Assembly (NCBI GenBank): GCA_963636325.1
Contig: CAVHKA010000004.1
Location: 1 to 32,674, forward strand
Length of the DNA stretch: 32,674 nucleotides
Direction of reading: 5' to 3'
Origin: Agathobacter sp.
GTDB taxonomy: Bacteria > Bacillota > Clostridia > Oscillospirales > Oscillospiraceae
Shown piece by piece: positions 15,841 through 24,726 of the stretch; within the stretch, counting starts at the first letter, position 1, and each line of letters opens with the position of its first letter. Both the position numbers and the translations under genes were made by a program. The notes under the pieces are model-generated. The model searched no databases. It had not been told where the DNA came from and saw only the letters and a list, made by a program, of their open reading frames with translations.

Positions 15841-16008
15841 GGCGGCCTGAGGGCAGGCCGCCCTACGGATGCTGAAGGCACGTTCTTTGACCAAAGCCTC
15901 CCCTGTGCAAGGGGAGGTGGCACGGCGTATGCCGTGACGGAGGGGTTGATGGTCAATCCCCCAGTCAGCCTTGCGGCTGACAGCCCCCTTTACACAAGGG
16001 GGCCTTTG
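15841..16008. repeat. One GTAG-type REP plus an inverted pair of two-hairpin repeat units
   Basis: REP 15841-15866; units 15892-15947 (minus) and 15955-16008 (plus). Confidence 0.85.
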
Positions 16009-16036
16009 GTGTACCGCCGCAGCCGTTTCCCCAAAC

Positions 16037-16068
16037 AAAAAAAGAGACAGCCAGGGCTGTCTCTTTTT
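16037..16068. terminator. Bidirectional terminator between Cys-tail gene and divIC
   Basis: AAAAAGAGACAGCC-ag-GGCTGTCTCTTTTT. Confidence 0.8.
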
Positions 16069-16076
16069 CCATAATT

Positions 16077-16379
16077 TCAATGATTCACGTCGTAGAAGAT
16101 CCGCTCGCCGTCCTCGGCCAGACCCAGCAGATCCCGGGCCAGCGCCTTGATGAAGCTCTCGTCGTCCTTCTTGGAAAGGTCGGAGCGCAGGGCGTCGTTC
16201 TCCTGTTGCTGCTGGGTCAGCTGCTGGTTCAGCACCGATTCCTCCCGCTGGGCGGTTTTCAGCTGGCCATATACCTTCACGATCTGGATGCCCAGCACCG
16301 CCACCAGCGCCAGGATCACCACCACCAGCACTGCCGGGGGACGCTTTTTTGTCCGCTTGGTTTTCTTCTTGTCTGCCAT
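16077..16379 (-). CDS. divIC: Septum formation initiator DivIC/FtsB family
   Basis: Basic N-terminus, one TM, coiled coil, FIKALARDLLGLAEDGERIF signature; own AAGGAGG RBS before ATG 16379. Confidence 0.88.
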   Translation of the reverse strand: MADKKKTKRTKKRPPAVLVVVILALVAVLGIQIVKVYGQLKTAQREESVLNQQLTQQQQENDALRSDLSKKDDESFIKALARDLLGLAEDGERIFYDVNH

Positions 16380-16868
16380 GGCGCTGCCTCCTTCCTGCTG
16401 CCGCGCGGCGTTGTCATGGCCCTTGCGCCATGCTTCCACCCTTATTGTAGCGCAGCCGCGCAGAAAAGAAAAGCCCTTTTTGACGGATTCTGCCAGTTTT
16501 TTTGTGCCCCGCCACAAAAAAACGAAGGGCAGCCCCACAAGACGGCACACCGCCACCAGCGCCGCCGCCCAGAAATCCCATACCGGTCGCAGCAGCCGGG
16601 AGGGGACGCAGAACCACAGCACCGCGCCCAGCGCCATGCCCGTGACCATATAGAGCCGCAGCTCCCCCTCCCCCACCACCAGCGCCAGCCACAGCACGCC
16701 CGCGCCCAGCAGCGCCACGAACAGCGCGTCCAGCAGATGGGTCAGCAGCCGGTCCCGGCGGTCCAGGAGCCGGGCGGCCCGCAGTACGTCATACACAAGG
16801 CCGCCTGCCGCGCCCAGCGCCACCGCCGCGCCCAACTGCTGCAGCTGGGCCGCCACATAGTTCTCCAT
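16077..16868 (-). CDS. yabQ: Spore cortex protein YabQ, reading in frame into divIC (no stop before 16077)
   Basis: GLVYDVLR, LLDALF, GELRLYM motifs; follows yabP with 1-nt overlap. Confidence 0.8.
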   Translation of the reverse strand: MENYVAAQLQQLGAAVALGAAGGLVYDVLRAARLLDRRDRLLTHLLDALFVALLGAGVLWLALVVGEGELRLYMVTGMALGAVLWFCVPSRLLRPVWDFWAAALVAVCRLVGLPFVFLWRGTKKLAESVKKGFSFLRGCATIRVEAWRKGHDNAARQQEGGSAMADKKKTKRTKKRPPAVLVVVILALVAVLGIQIVKVYGQLKTAQREESVLNQQLTQQQQENDALRSDLSKKDDESFIKALARDLLGLAEDGERIFYDVNH

Positions 16869-17158
16869 CAGGCGAACAGCCGGCTGAACAGGCCGCCGCC
16901 GCGGCTGGGCTGATCCTCCTCATAGTTGACGCCGTCGATGCGGCCGTCCACATGCAGCTCGCCGCCATCCAGACTCAGCTTGCCGATGTGCAGCCCCTCG
17001 CCGGTCACCACCAGCGTCCCGGCGCAGGTGGACATGACGATGCAGTTCTCGTCAAAGCGCTCCACGTCCTCCACACCGCCCACCGTCAGCTTTTCCCGGC
17101 CCTCCAGCGTCAGCCGGTGGTACACGGCATTGCCGCCGCCGTTCATGTCATATGCCAA
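16868..17158 (-). CDS. yabP: Sporulation protein YabP
   Basis: HRLTLEGREKLTVGGVEDVERFDE...GTLVVTGEGLHIGKLSLDGGELHVDGRID; TTG start inferred from RBS (ATG 17146 is an alternative). Confidence 0.9.
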   Translation of the reverse strand: MAYDMNGGGNAVYHRLTLEGREKLTVGGVEDVERFDENCIVMSTCAGTLVVTGEGLHIGKLSLDGGELHVDGRIDGVNYEEDQPSRGGGLFSRLFA

Positions 17159-17190
17159 AAGAAACACCCTCTCCCGCAAAGCGTTACTGC

Positions 17191-17219
17191 ATTGTATGAG
17201 AGGGTGTGTGAAATTATAA
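17191..17219 (-). promoter_or_regulatory. Sigma-E-type sporulation promoter for yabPQ
   Basis: Minus strand TTATAAT-14 bp-CATACAAT; yabPQ is sigma-E dependent in Bacillus subtilis. Confidence 0.65.
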
Positions 17220-17459
17220 CGCGGTCTCCCGGTACATGGCGGCGGCGTCGGCCTTGCCCACATTGTCGGCCACCGACAGCACCTCCACCGACAGGGTCTT
17301 CTGGCCGAAGCGGATGGTGATCACGTCGCCCACCTTCACGTCGTAGGAGGCCCGGGCCACCCGTCCGTTGACGGTGACCCGCTCGTTGTCGCAGGCCTCG
17401 TTGGCCACGGTGCGCCGCTTGATCAGGCGGCTGACCTTCAGGTATTTATCCAGTCTCAT
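17214..17459 (-). CDS. yabO: S4-domain RNA-binding protein YabO (RqcP/Hsp15-like)
   Basis: [23 protein letters not shown]...[12 protein letters not shown]. Confidence 0.95.
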   Translation of the reverse strand: MRLDKYLKVSRLIKRRTVANEACDNERVTVNGRVARASYDVKVGDVITIRFGQKTLSVEVLSVADNVGKADAAAMYRETAL

Positions 17460-17480
17460 GGTACGTCCTCCTTGGGGATA

Positions 17481-17510
17481 AAAAGAAAAGCGGCAGCGCC
17501 GCTTTTCTTC
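17481..17510 (-). terminator. hup terminator
   Basis: AAGAAAAGCGGC / GCCGCTTTTCTT dyad with T tract on minus strand. Confidence 0.7.
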
Positions 17511-17523
17511 TATACTTATTTTT

Positions 17524-17796
17524 TTACTTGATAACGTCCTTCAGCGCCTTGCCGGCCTTAAAGGTGGGAACCTTGGAAGCGGCGATGGTGACGGGCTCCT
17601 TGGTGCGGGGGTTCAGGCCGGTACGCTCGGCGCGATGCTTCACCTCAAAAGAGCCGAAGCCCACCAGCTGCACCTTCTCGTCGGCCTTCAGGCCCTCGGT
17701 AATGGCGGACAGGGTGGCGTTGACAGCAGCCTCGGCAGCCTTCTTGGACAGGCCGGCCTTCTCAGCGACGGCATTGATCAGTTCGGTTTTATTCAT
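17524..17796 (-). CDS. hup: DNA-binding protein HU
   Basis: [19 protein letters not shown]...[22 protein letters not shown]...[12 protein letters not shown]. Confidence 0.97.
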   Translation of the reverse strand: MNKTELINAVAEKAGLSKKAAEAAVNATLSAITEGLKADEKVQLVGFGSFEVKHRAERTGLNPRTKEPVTIAASKVPTFKAGKALKDVIK

Positions 17797-17900
17797 GGGT
17801 ATTTCCTCCTAAAAATTTTTTCATTGGTATGACCATATCCTAAAACGAAGCGTATCGTATTAAGAACAAATGAAAGGCCCCAACACAAAGGGCAATAGAA

Positions 17901-17929
17901 AATTTACCATATTTGCCGCTCCATTGCAA
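17901..17929 (-). promoter_or_regulatory. Sigma-A promoter of hup
   Basis: Minus strand TTGCAA-17 bp-TAAATT with extended TG. Confidence 0.65.
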
Positions 17930-17956
17930 GCCTTTTTCCACAGAAAACGCAAAAAA

Positions 17957-19534
17957 TCACCGAAGATGCAGGCGCTGCGCCCATTTTTTCCCCCTGGGAA
18001 AGTGCCGCAGGTCGTCTCCGGTCACCGCGCCCAGCGCCAGCGCCAGAATGACGTATACAGCGGCCGCGGCGGCAATGGCGGCGACAGCTGCCAGATTCTG
18101 GGAAATATAGCGGCCCAGCAGCGTATAGGCGGAGTGTGCCCCCAGCGCCATCACCACGGTGCAAAGGCCCGGCCGCCACAGGCAGCGGAAGAAATCCACC
18201 CTGCCCTTCATGCAGCGGTGTACGGCGATCATGTTCAGCACCACGATCAGGGCGTAGCTGTACAGCGTGCCCACCGGCGCGCCCCGGATGCCCATGTCGG
18301 GATTGCCCACCATTAAATAGTTGGTGACGATCTTCAGCGCGCCGCCCGCCAGCAGCGTCCAGATGGGGACGCGCTCCCTGCCGTTGGCCTGCAAAATGCC
18401 GTTGGTCACCACCATCAGGCACACGAAGATGCTGGCGATACCCAGCACCGTCAGGTGATAGGCGGCGGCCTGTGCCGTCTCCGGCACGGCGGGATACAGA
18501 AGGTGCAGGATCGGCCCTGCCAGAACGGAAAGCCCCGACCCCATGGGGAAGGCCAGCAGCGCCGTGATCCGCAGGGCCGAGGCGGTGAGCCGCCCGGCGG
18601 CAGCCCCGTCATGGCGGGAGCGCGCCTGGGTGATGGCGGGGATCAGGGACACCGACAGCGGGTAGATGAACGACGGCGGCAGCACGAACAGCGTCATGCC
18701 GAAGGTGTACTGGCCGTACAGCTCCGCGGCGGCTTTGGCGCTGAGTCCCAGGGTGGATTGCAGCGTGCCCAGCACCAGCGACTGATCCAGCAGCGTCATC
18801 AGGCTCATGCCGCCGCCCGCCACGGTGATGGGCACGCCGATCTTCAGCAGCGCCCCCATGGTATCGCCCAGCGGTTCCGGCGTGTCGTGACCGGAGGGGC
18901 GAAAGCGCCGCAGCGCCCACAACAGGAACAGGAAGCCCAGCGCCGTGCCGCAGGTGACGCCCGCGATGGCCCCGGCGGCTCCGGTCTCGGGGCCCGCGCC
19001 GTTACGGAGCAGAAAGAAGCAGAGGCCCAGTCCGACCACCAGCTTGCAGGCGGATTCGATGATCTGGCTGACAGCGGTGGGGGTCATGTCGCCCAAGCCC
19101 TGGGTATAGCCCCGGATAGCGGAGGTCAGACACACGCACAGCACCGACGGGGCCAGCACCCGGATGGCCGCCGCCGCCATGGGATCGTGGAGGGCGCGGG
19201 CCATGGTCTCCGGCAGACAGAACATCAGCGCCGAGAACGCCAGTCCCACGCTGCCCAGCAGCACCAGCGCCGCCCGGAATACCTGCCGGGCCTGCCGTGG
19301 CCGTCCCAGCGCGCAGGCGCTGGCCGTCAGCCGCGAGGCGGCCAACGGCAGTCCCGCCGTGGACAGCATCAGCAGCAGGTTATACACGTTATAGGCGGCG
19401 TAAAAGTGGGCCATGCCCTGACTGTCCAGCAGGTTCCCCAGCGGGATCTTATACAGGGCGCCCAGCACCTTGGTCACGGCCACCGCGCCCGCCAGAATGG
19501 CCGCGCCGCTCAAAAAGCTCTGTCTGCGCTGCAA
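17957..19534 (-). CDS. MOP-superfamily polysaccharide/lipid II flippase, SpoVB/YabM-like
   Basis: SFLSGAAILA..VTKVLGALYKIPL, STAGLPLAAS, RGYTQG..MTPTAVSQIIE; TTG start after AAGGAGGTG. Confidence 0.88.
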   Translation of the reverse strand: MQRRQSFLSGAAILAGAVAVTKVLGALYKIPLGNLLDSQGMAHFYAAYNVYNLLLMLSTAGLPLAASRLTASACALGRPRQARQVFRAALVLLGSVGLAFSALMFCLPETMARALHDPMAAAAIRVLAPSVLCVCLTSAIRGYTQGLGDMTPTAVSQIIESACKLVVGLGLCFFLLRNGAGPETGAAGAIAGVTCGTALGFLFLLWALRRFRPSGHDTPEPLGDTMGALLKIGVPITVAGGGMSLMTLLDQSLVLGTLQSTLGLSAKAAAELYGQYTFGMTLFVLPPSFIYPLSVSLIPAITQARSRHDGAAAGRLTASALRITALLAFPMGSGLSVLAGPILHLLYPAVPETAQAAAYHLTVLGIASIFVCLMVVTNGILQANGRERVPIWTLLAGGALKIVTNYLMVGNPDMGIRGAPVGTLYSYALIVVLNMIAVHRCMKGRVDFFRCLWRPGLCTVVMALGAHSAYTLLGRYISQNLAAVAAIAAAAAVYVILALALGAVTGDDLRHFPRGKKWAQRLHLR

Positions 19535-19566
19535 GCCGTCACCTCCTTGGATCGGGTAAGTCATGC

Positions 19567-19591
19567 GTAGGGGCGACCCCTGCGGACGTTT
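19567..19591 (+). repeat. Degenerate GTAG-type REP
   Basis: GTAGGGGCGACCCCTGCGGACGTTT, 3' arm decayed. Confidence 0.65.
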
Positions 19592-19612
19592 ATCCGGATG
19601 TGCCATGCACCC

Positions 19613-21106
19613 TCATTTCCCCGGATTTTCCAGCATCTCCCGGTGGAACGCGGCAAACCTTTCCAGATTCCCGGCCACCTGTTCCTGCCGCTGGATATAC
19701 TCCAGCGGATATTTGGGGTGGAACAGCCGCTCGATCCGGTCGTCCCGGCGGATATCCACCATTTTGGTGGAGCCGCCCGCGCCCAGCGACAGAATGCTGT
19801 GCAGCTCCTCCATGATGTAGATATTATACAGTCCCTCCGCGCCGGATATGCACCAGCCCACATTTTCAAAGCTGCCGGACATGTACTTCTGGCGATAGAG
19901 GTAGTAGGGGGCGAAGCCCGCCGAGCGCAGGGTGGGGTCGGCGTAGTCCAGCATTTCCGCCACCGCCTCCGCCGAGGGGATGGGACTGCCCTCCAGCGTC
20001 AGGCGGCTGCCCTTTTTCAGCGCCAGTGTGTGGACGGTGATGTTGTCCGCGCCGCTTTTGACGCACTGATCCAGCGTTTTCCGGAAGCCCTCCGGCGTGT
20101 CGGCGGGCAGGCCCGCGATGAGATCCATGTTCACATGGGGAAAGCCCATGGAGGTGGCCAGCTCCATGGCGGCCAGAATGTCCGCCGCCGAGTGCCTGCG
20201 GCCGATGGCCCGCAGCACTTTGTCGTCCAGCGACTGGGGGTTGACGCTGATGCGGTCGGCCCCGTGGTCAAGGAGCACCTGTAATTTCTCCCGGTCGATG
20301 GTGTCGGGGCGGCCCGCCTCGATGCAGTACTCCACCGCATGGCTCATGTCAAAGCTGCGGTTCAGGTGGGTCAGCAGATGATTCATCTGCTTCGCCGACA
20401 GCGTGGTGGGGGTGCCGCCGCCCATGTAGAAGGACTTGATGCGCAGGCCCGTGTCCTTCACCATTTGAGCTGCCAGCGTGATCTCCCGCTCCAGCGCCTC
20501 CAGATACGGCTCCATCAGCTTGAAGGAGCGCTCCACCGCCTGAGAGACGAAGCTGCAATAGGCGCAGCGTGTGGGGCAGAAGGGGATGCCGATATACAGG
20601 GAGATGTCGTTGGGTTGGAGCGCCTCCTTGGCGGCGATGCCCGCCTGGGCCGCCTCGATGCACATGCGGCGGCGGGGCGCGGATACCTGATAGGTGCGGT
20701 CCAGCTCACGGTCGGCCTGACGGGGCGTCATGCCGCCGCGCAGCAGCCGTGCCGCCAGCTTGGCGGGCCGCACGCCGGTCAGGCTGCCCCAGGCGGGGAC
20801 GCGGCCCAGGATCTCCACCGACGCCTTGAAAAAGCTCATTTTCAGCGCCCGCTGCCGCAGGCCCTCCTGCTGATAGGGGGTCAGCGCGGGGTCGATGCGC
20901 ACGCGGGAAAGACCGCGGCCCTCCCGCCCCTGATACCGGATGCGGGTGGTCGCGGTGGTGTAGGTATTTCCCTCGGATAATTTCACCCAAGCGCAGCTGT
21001 CCTCCTCCGCCTCCGGATCGTATACCGGACGCTCGTTGGGGAAGAAGGCCAGCAGATCCTGCTCGATGGCGTAACGGTCGTTATGACCGGTAAAGATCAG
21101 CTTCAT
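19613..21106 (-). CDS. hemZ: HemZ, HemN-like radical SAM protein
   Basis: WGSLTGVRPAK, SLYIGIPFCPTRCAYCSF, EAGRPDTI, PYYLYRQK, YNIYIMEE; usual position after dtd-MBL. Confidence 0.93.
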   Translation of the reverse strand: MKLIFTGHNDRYAIEQDLLAFFPNERPVYDPEAEEDSCAWVKLSEGNTYTTATTRIRYQGREGRGLSRVRIDPALTPYQQEGLRQRALKMSFFKASVEILGRVPAWGSLTGVRPAKLAARLLRGGMTPRQADRELDRTYQVSAPRRRMCIEAAQAGIAAKEALQPNDISLYIGIPFCPTRCAYCSFVSQAVERSFKLMEPYLEALEREITLAAQMVKDTGLRIKSFYMGGGTPTTLSAKQMNHLLTHLNRSFDMSHAVEYCIEAGRPDTIDREKLQVLLDHGADRISVNPQSLDDKVLRAIGRRHSAADILAAMELATSMGFPHVNMDLIAGLPADTPEGFRKTLDQCVKSGADNITVHTLALKKGSRLTLEGSPIPSAEAVAEMLDYADPTLRSAGFAPYYLYRQKYMSGSFENVGWCISGAEGLYNIYIMEELHSILSLGAGGSTKMVDIRRDDRIERLFHPKYPLEYIQRQEQVAGNLERFAAFHREMLENPGK

Positions 21107-21726
21107 ACGTCCATGCCCTGCTTCATATAGGGGTTATACTTCCGCTCATAGTCCATGTCGGTGGCGGAATCGTGGCCGGGATAGACGGTGTACTGGCCCT
21201 CCAGCGCGCCCAGACGGGCCAGAGACTTCAGCATGGCCCGATAGTCGCCGCCGGGAAAGTCGCACCGGCCGCAGGAGCCCCGGAACAGGGTGTCTCCGGC
21301 GAAGAGCACGCCCTGCCCCTCCACCAGCAGACACACGGAACCGGTGGAATGGCCGGGGGTCTCCAGCACGTCCAGCGTCAGGCCGCCCACCGTCAGCTTG
21401 TCGCCCTCCTTGTAGTACCGCTGGTTCTTCTCCCCCAGCCGGTGGAACAGGAGGTCGCCGCCGCTGCTGTCGGTCACGTCGTTCCTGTGGATATAGACCG
21501 GCAGCTCCGGCCACGTCTCCAGCAGGCCCGCCACGCCGGTGCAGTGGTCAAAGTGGCCGTGGGTCAGCAGGATCATGATGGGGGTGCAGCCGCTGGAGGC
21601 GATCATGGCCTCGACGCGCTTCGGCTCGTCGCCGGGATCGATGACGGCGCAGACCTTGGCGGTCTCGTCGCAGAGGATGTAGCAGTTGGTCATGATGGGG
21701 CCCACCATCAGAGAGAGTACCTTCAT
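21103..21726 (-). CDS. MBL-fold metallo-hydrolase (glyoxalase II-like)
   Basis: THGHFDH, TPGHSTGS, AGDTLF, YPGH. Confidence 0.93.
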   Translation of the reverse strand: MKVLSLMVGPIMTNCYILCDETAKVCAVIDPGDEPKRVEAMIASSGCTPIMILLTHGHFDHCTGVAGLLETWPELPVYIHRNDVTDSSGGDLLFHRLGEKNQRYYKEGDKLTVGGLTLDVLETPGHSTGSVCLLVEGQGVLFAGDTLFRGSCGRCDFPGGDYRAMLKSLARLGALEGQYTVYPGHDSATDMDYERKYNPYMKQGMDV

Positions 21727-21739
21727 CCGTGCGCCCTCC

Positions 21740-22186
21740 TTACAGCTGGTCGGTGTCCACCACCAGCGTCAGCGGGCCGTCGTTCAGGCTGTCCACCTGC
21801 ATATAGGCGCCGAACTCGCCGGTCTCGGTGTGGAAGCCCTTGGCGCGGCACAGCTCCACGAACTTCTCGTACAGAGGGATGGCCACCTCGGGACGCGCGG
21901 CGGCCAGAAACTCGGGGCGGCGGCCCTTCTTGCAGTTGCCGTACAGGGTGAACTGGGAAACGATCAGCAGCTCGCCCTTCACCTCGTCCAGGCCACGGTT
22001 CATCTTGCCGTTCTCGTCCTCGAAGATGCGAAGGCCTGTCAGCTTGTCCGCCAGCTTGACGGCCTGCGCCTCGGTATCCTCGTGGGTGATGCCCAGCAGG
22101 ATCAGGAAGCCCTCGCCGATCTGGCCGTGTACTTTTCCGTCGATGGTGACGGAGGCGTGCTTCACGCGGGTCAATACAGCGCGCAT
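21740..22186 (-). CDS. dtd: D-aminoacyl-tRNA deacylase
   Basis: [42 protein letters not shown]. Confidence 0.96.
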   Translation of the reverse strand: MRAVLTRVKHASVTIDGKVHGQIGEGFLILLGITHEDTEAQAVKLADKLTGLRIFEDENGKMNRGLDEVKGELLIVSQFTLYGNCKKGRRPEFLAAARPEVAIPLYEKFVELCRAKGFHTETGEFGAYMQVDSLNDGPLTLVVDTDQL

Positions 22187-22227
22187 AATTTGTTCTCCTT
22201 TATACAGAATGTTATCAGATTTGCTGC

Positions 22228-22459
22228 GTGGGGGCGACCCTTGCGGTCGCCCGGATCGATCAATTGCCGTGTGGGCGACCGCAAGGGTCGCCCCTACACA
22301 CGGCACGGGTACGATAGAACTTCGTAGGGGCGGACGACTCTGTCCGCCCTGACGATGACGGTATGATTTCTTGCGGGCCGACAGAGTCGTCGGCCCCTAC
22401 ACACGGTATAACGTACCTGCCCGTTCATCGTGCGGCGGGCCACACGGCGCCCGCCCTAC
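22228..22459. repeat. Cluster of five GTAG-type REPs between rel and dtd
   Basis: 22228-22252, 22273-22297, 22324-22349, 22375-22400, 22434-22459. Confidence 0.88.
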
Positions 22460-22512
22460 GGTGGGATTTCGATGGCATGGCAATGAAATCGAAGATTTCA
22501 TGCCAGTTATTT

Positions 22513-24726
22513 TTATCCCGCCGGCCGCGTCACCTTCATGACGCCCTGGATCTGCTCCAAGCGGTTCATGACGGTTTTCAGCTGATCCCGGCCATTTACC
22601 TCGATGCCCAGATCCAGCAGGGCGAAGCCGTCCGGCGTGGAGCGGGCGTTCAGGGACAGCACACGGGTCTTGGTGGCCGACAGCACCGTGGACACATCCA
22701 CGATCAGGCTGATGCGATCCTTGGCTACCACCTGCAGCATGGTGTGATAGCTCTCGCTGGTCTTGTCGGCCCAGCTGACCCGGATCCAGCGGCCCGCCTC
22801 GGCGGGATTGTCCTTGGAGCGCAGCACGTTGGGACAGTCCGCCCGGTGGACGGACACGCCGTAGCCCCGGGTGATGAAGCCCACGATGTCGTCCCCCGGC
22901 ACGGGAGAACAGCACTTGGAGAACTTCACCAGACAGTTGCTGAGGCCCTCCACGATGATGCCGTGCTCGCCCTTCCGCTGGGGCACGGCGGGCCGCATCA
23001 CCTCCGGCTGGCCCGCCACAGGCACCTCCGCCTGCCGCTCGGCCTGATGCTGGTGCAGGATACGCTGGATATCCTCCCGCAGACGGCCGATGACCTTCAG
23101 GGCCGTGACGCCGCCGTAGCCGATGGCGGCGTACATATCGTCCACGGAGTTGAAGCTGAGCTTCTTCAGCACATTGGGCACGTTCTCGTCGGCCAGCAGC
23201 TCCTTCAGAGAGATCCCGGTACGCTTCAACTCCGACTCGAAGCTCTGGCGGCCGTTGACGATGTTCTCGTCCCGCTTCTCCCGCTTGAACCACTGGCGGA
23301 TCTTGCTGCGGGCGTTGCTGGAGCGGGCGATCTTGATCCAGTCGCGGCTAGGGCCGTGGGCACTCTGGCTGGTGGTGACCTCCACCACGTCGCCGTTTTG
23401 CAGCCGGTGATTCAGCGGCACGATGCGGCCGTTCACCTTGGCGGACACCATGTGGTTGCCCACGGCGGAGTGGATGTTATAGGCAAAGTCGATGGGTGTG
23501 GCTCCGGCGGGCAGGTTGATCACGTCGCCGTTGGGAGTGAACACGAACACCTCGTCAGCGAACATGTCCACCTTCAGGGAGTGGATAAAGTCCTCGGCGT
23601 CGGCGCCCTCCTGATTCTCCAGCAGGCGGCGCACCCACTCGTAGCTGCGCTCGTCGCCTGCGCCCTGCCCGTTCTGCTTGTACTTCCAATGGGCGGCCAC
23701 GCCGTACTCGGCGATCTCGTGCATCTCCTTGGTGCGGATCTGCACCTCGAAGGGGATGCCGCTCTCGCCCACCACCGTGGTGTGCAGGCTCTGGTACAGA
23801 TTGGGCTTTGGCGTGCCGATATAGTCCTTGAACCGGCCCAGAATGGGCTTGAACAGGTCGTGGATAATGCCCAGCACGTTATAGCAGTCCGCCACCGTGT
23901 CCACGATGACACGGAAGGCGAACAGGTCGAACACGTCGTCCAGGCTCTTGTTCTGGGTATACATCTTCCGGTAGATGGAGTAGGGGTGTTTCATGCGGCC
24001 GTAGACGGTGGCCTCGATGCCCTCCTCATGGAGCCGCGTCACGATCTGGTCGTGGATGGCGGACATGAAGCCGTCGTACTCCGCCGCCTTCTCGTCCAAC
24101 GCCTCGGTGATCTCCCGGTAGCCCACGGGATCCAGATATTTCAGGCTGAGATCCTCCAGCTCCCACTTCATCTTCTGCATGCCCAGCCGGTGGGCGATGG
24201 GCGCGTAGATCTCCATGGTCTCGAAGGATTTCTGCGTCTGCTTCTCCGGCGTCTGATACTCCATGGTGCGCATGTTGTGGAGCCGGTCGGAGATCTTGAT
24301 GAGGATGACCCGGATGTCCTTGCTCATGGCCATCAGCATCTTCCGCAGGTTCTCCATCTGCTCCTCCTCCTTGGAGGTGTAATGGACGCGGGTCAGCTTG
24401 CTGACGCCCTCCACCAGATCGGCCACCGTGGGAGAGAACAGCTTGGCCAGCTGCTCATGGGTGGCGGCGGTATCCTCGATGGTGTCGTGCAGCAGCGCCG
24501 CCTCGATGGATTCACTGTCCAGATGCAGCTCCTCCGCCACGATCTGGGCCACCGCCAGCGGGTGGGTGATGAAGGGGGAGCCGTCCTTGCGCAGCTGTGT
24601 GCCGTGCAGGTCCCGGGCGAATTCATAGGCCTGCCGGATCAGCTGGAAGTTGGCCGAGGGGTTATAGCTCCGCACCGTATCCTCCAGATGCTGATACATG
24701 GCCTCGATATCCACGTTTTTGGTCAT
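22513..24726 (-). CDS. relA: Bifunctional (p)ppGpp synthetase/hydrolase Rel (HD, synthetase, TGS, ZFD, ACT)
   Basis: LLHDTIED, DRLHNMRT, RFKDYIGTPKPNLYQSLHT, EVQIRT, FAYNIHS, KCCSPVPGD, C-terminal ACT. Confidence 0.97.
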   Translation of the reverse strand: MTKNVDIEAMYQHLEDTVRSYNPSANFQLIRQAYEFARDLHGTQLRKDGSPFITHPLAVAQIVAEELHLDSESIEAALLHDTIEDTAATHEQLAKLFSPTVADLVEGVSKLTRVHYTSKEEEQMENLRKMLMAMSKDIRVILIKISDRLHNMRTMEYQTPEKQTQKSFETMEIYAPIAHRLGMQKMKWELEDLSLKYLDPVGYREITEALDEKAAEYDGFMSAIHDQIVTRLHEEGIEATVYGRMKHPYSIYRKMYTQNKSLDDVFDLFAFRVIVDTVADCYNVLGIIHDLFKPILGRFKDYIGTPKPNLYQSLHTTVVGESGIPFEVQIRTKEMHEIAEYGVAAHWKYKQNGQGAGDERSYEWVRRLLENQEGADAEDFIHSLKVDMFADEVFVFTPNGDVINLPAGATPIDFAYNIHSAVGNHMVSAKVNGRIVPLNHRLQNGDVVEVTTSQSAHGPSRDWIKIARSSNARSKIRQWFKREKRDENIVNGRQSFESELKRTGISLKELLADENVPNVLKKLSFNSVDDMYAAIGYGGVTALKVIGRLREDIQRILHQHQAERQAEVPVAGQPEVMRPAVPQRKGEHGIIVEGLSNCLVKFSKCCSPVPGDDIVGFITRGYGVSVHRADCPNVLRSKDNPAEAGRWIRVSWADKTSESYHTMLQVVAKDRISLIVDVSTVLSATKTRVLSLNARSTPDGFALLDLGIEVNGRDQLKTVMNRLEQIQGVMKVTRPAG

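Noticed and set aside
19613..21106. HemZ as a second novel radical SAM system
   Set aside because: Ordinary member of the conserved rel-dtd-MBL-hemZ cluster
22228..22459. CRISPR-like spacing of palindromic repeats (also 27842-28071 and 13096-13277)
   Set aside because: Repeats alternate in orientation, differ in sequence and are dispersed across the window, and there are no cas genes; these are REPs
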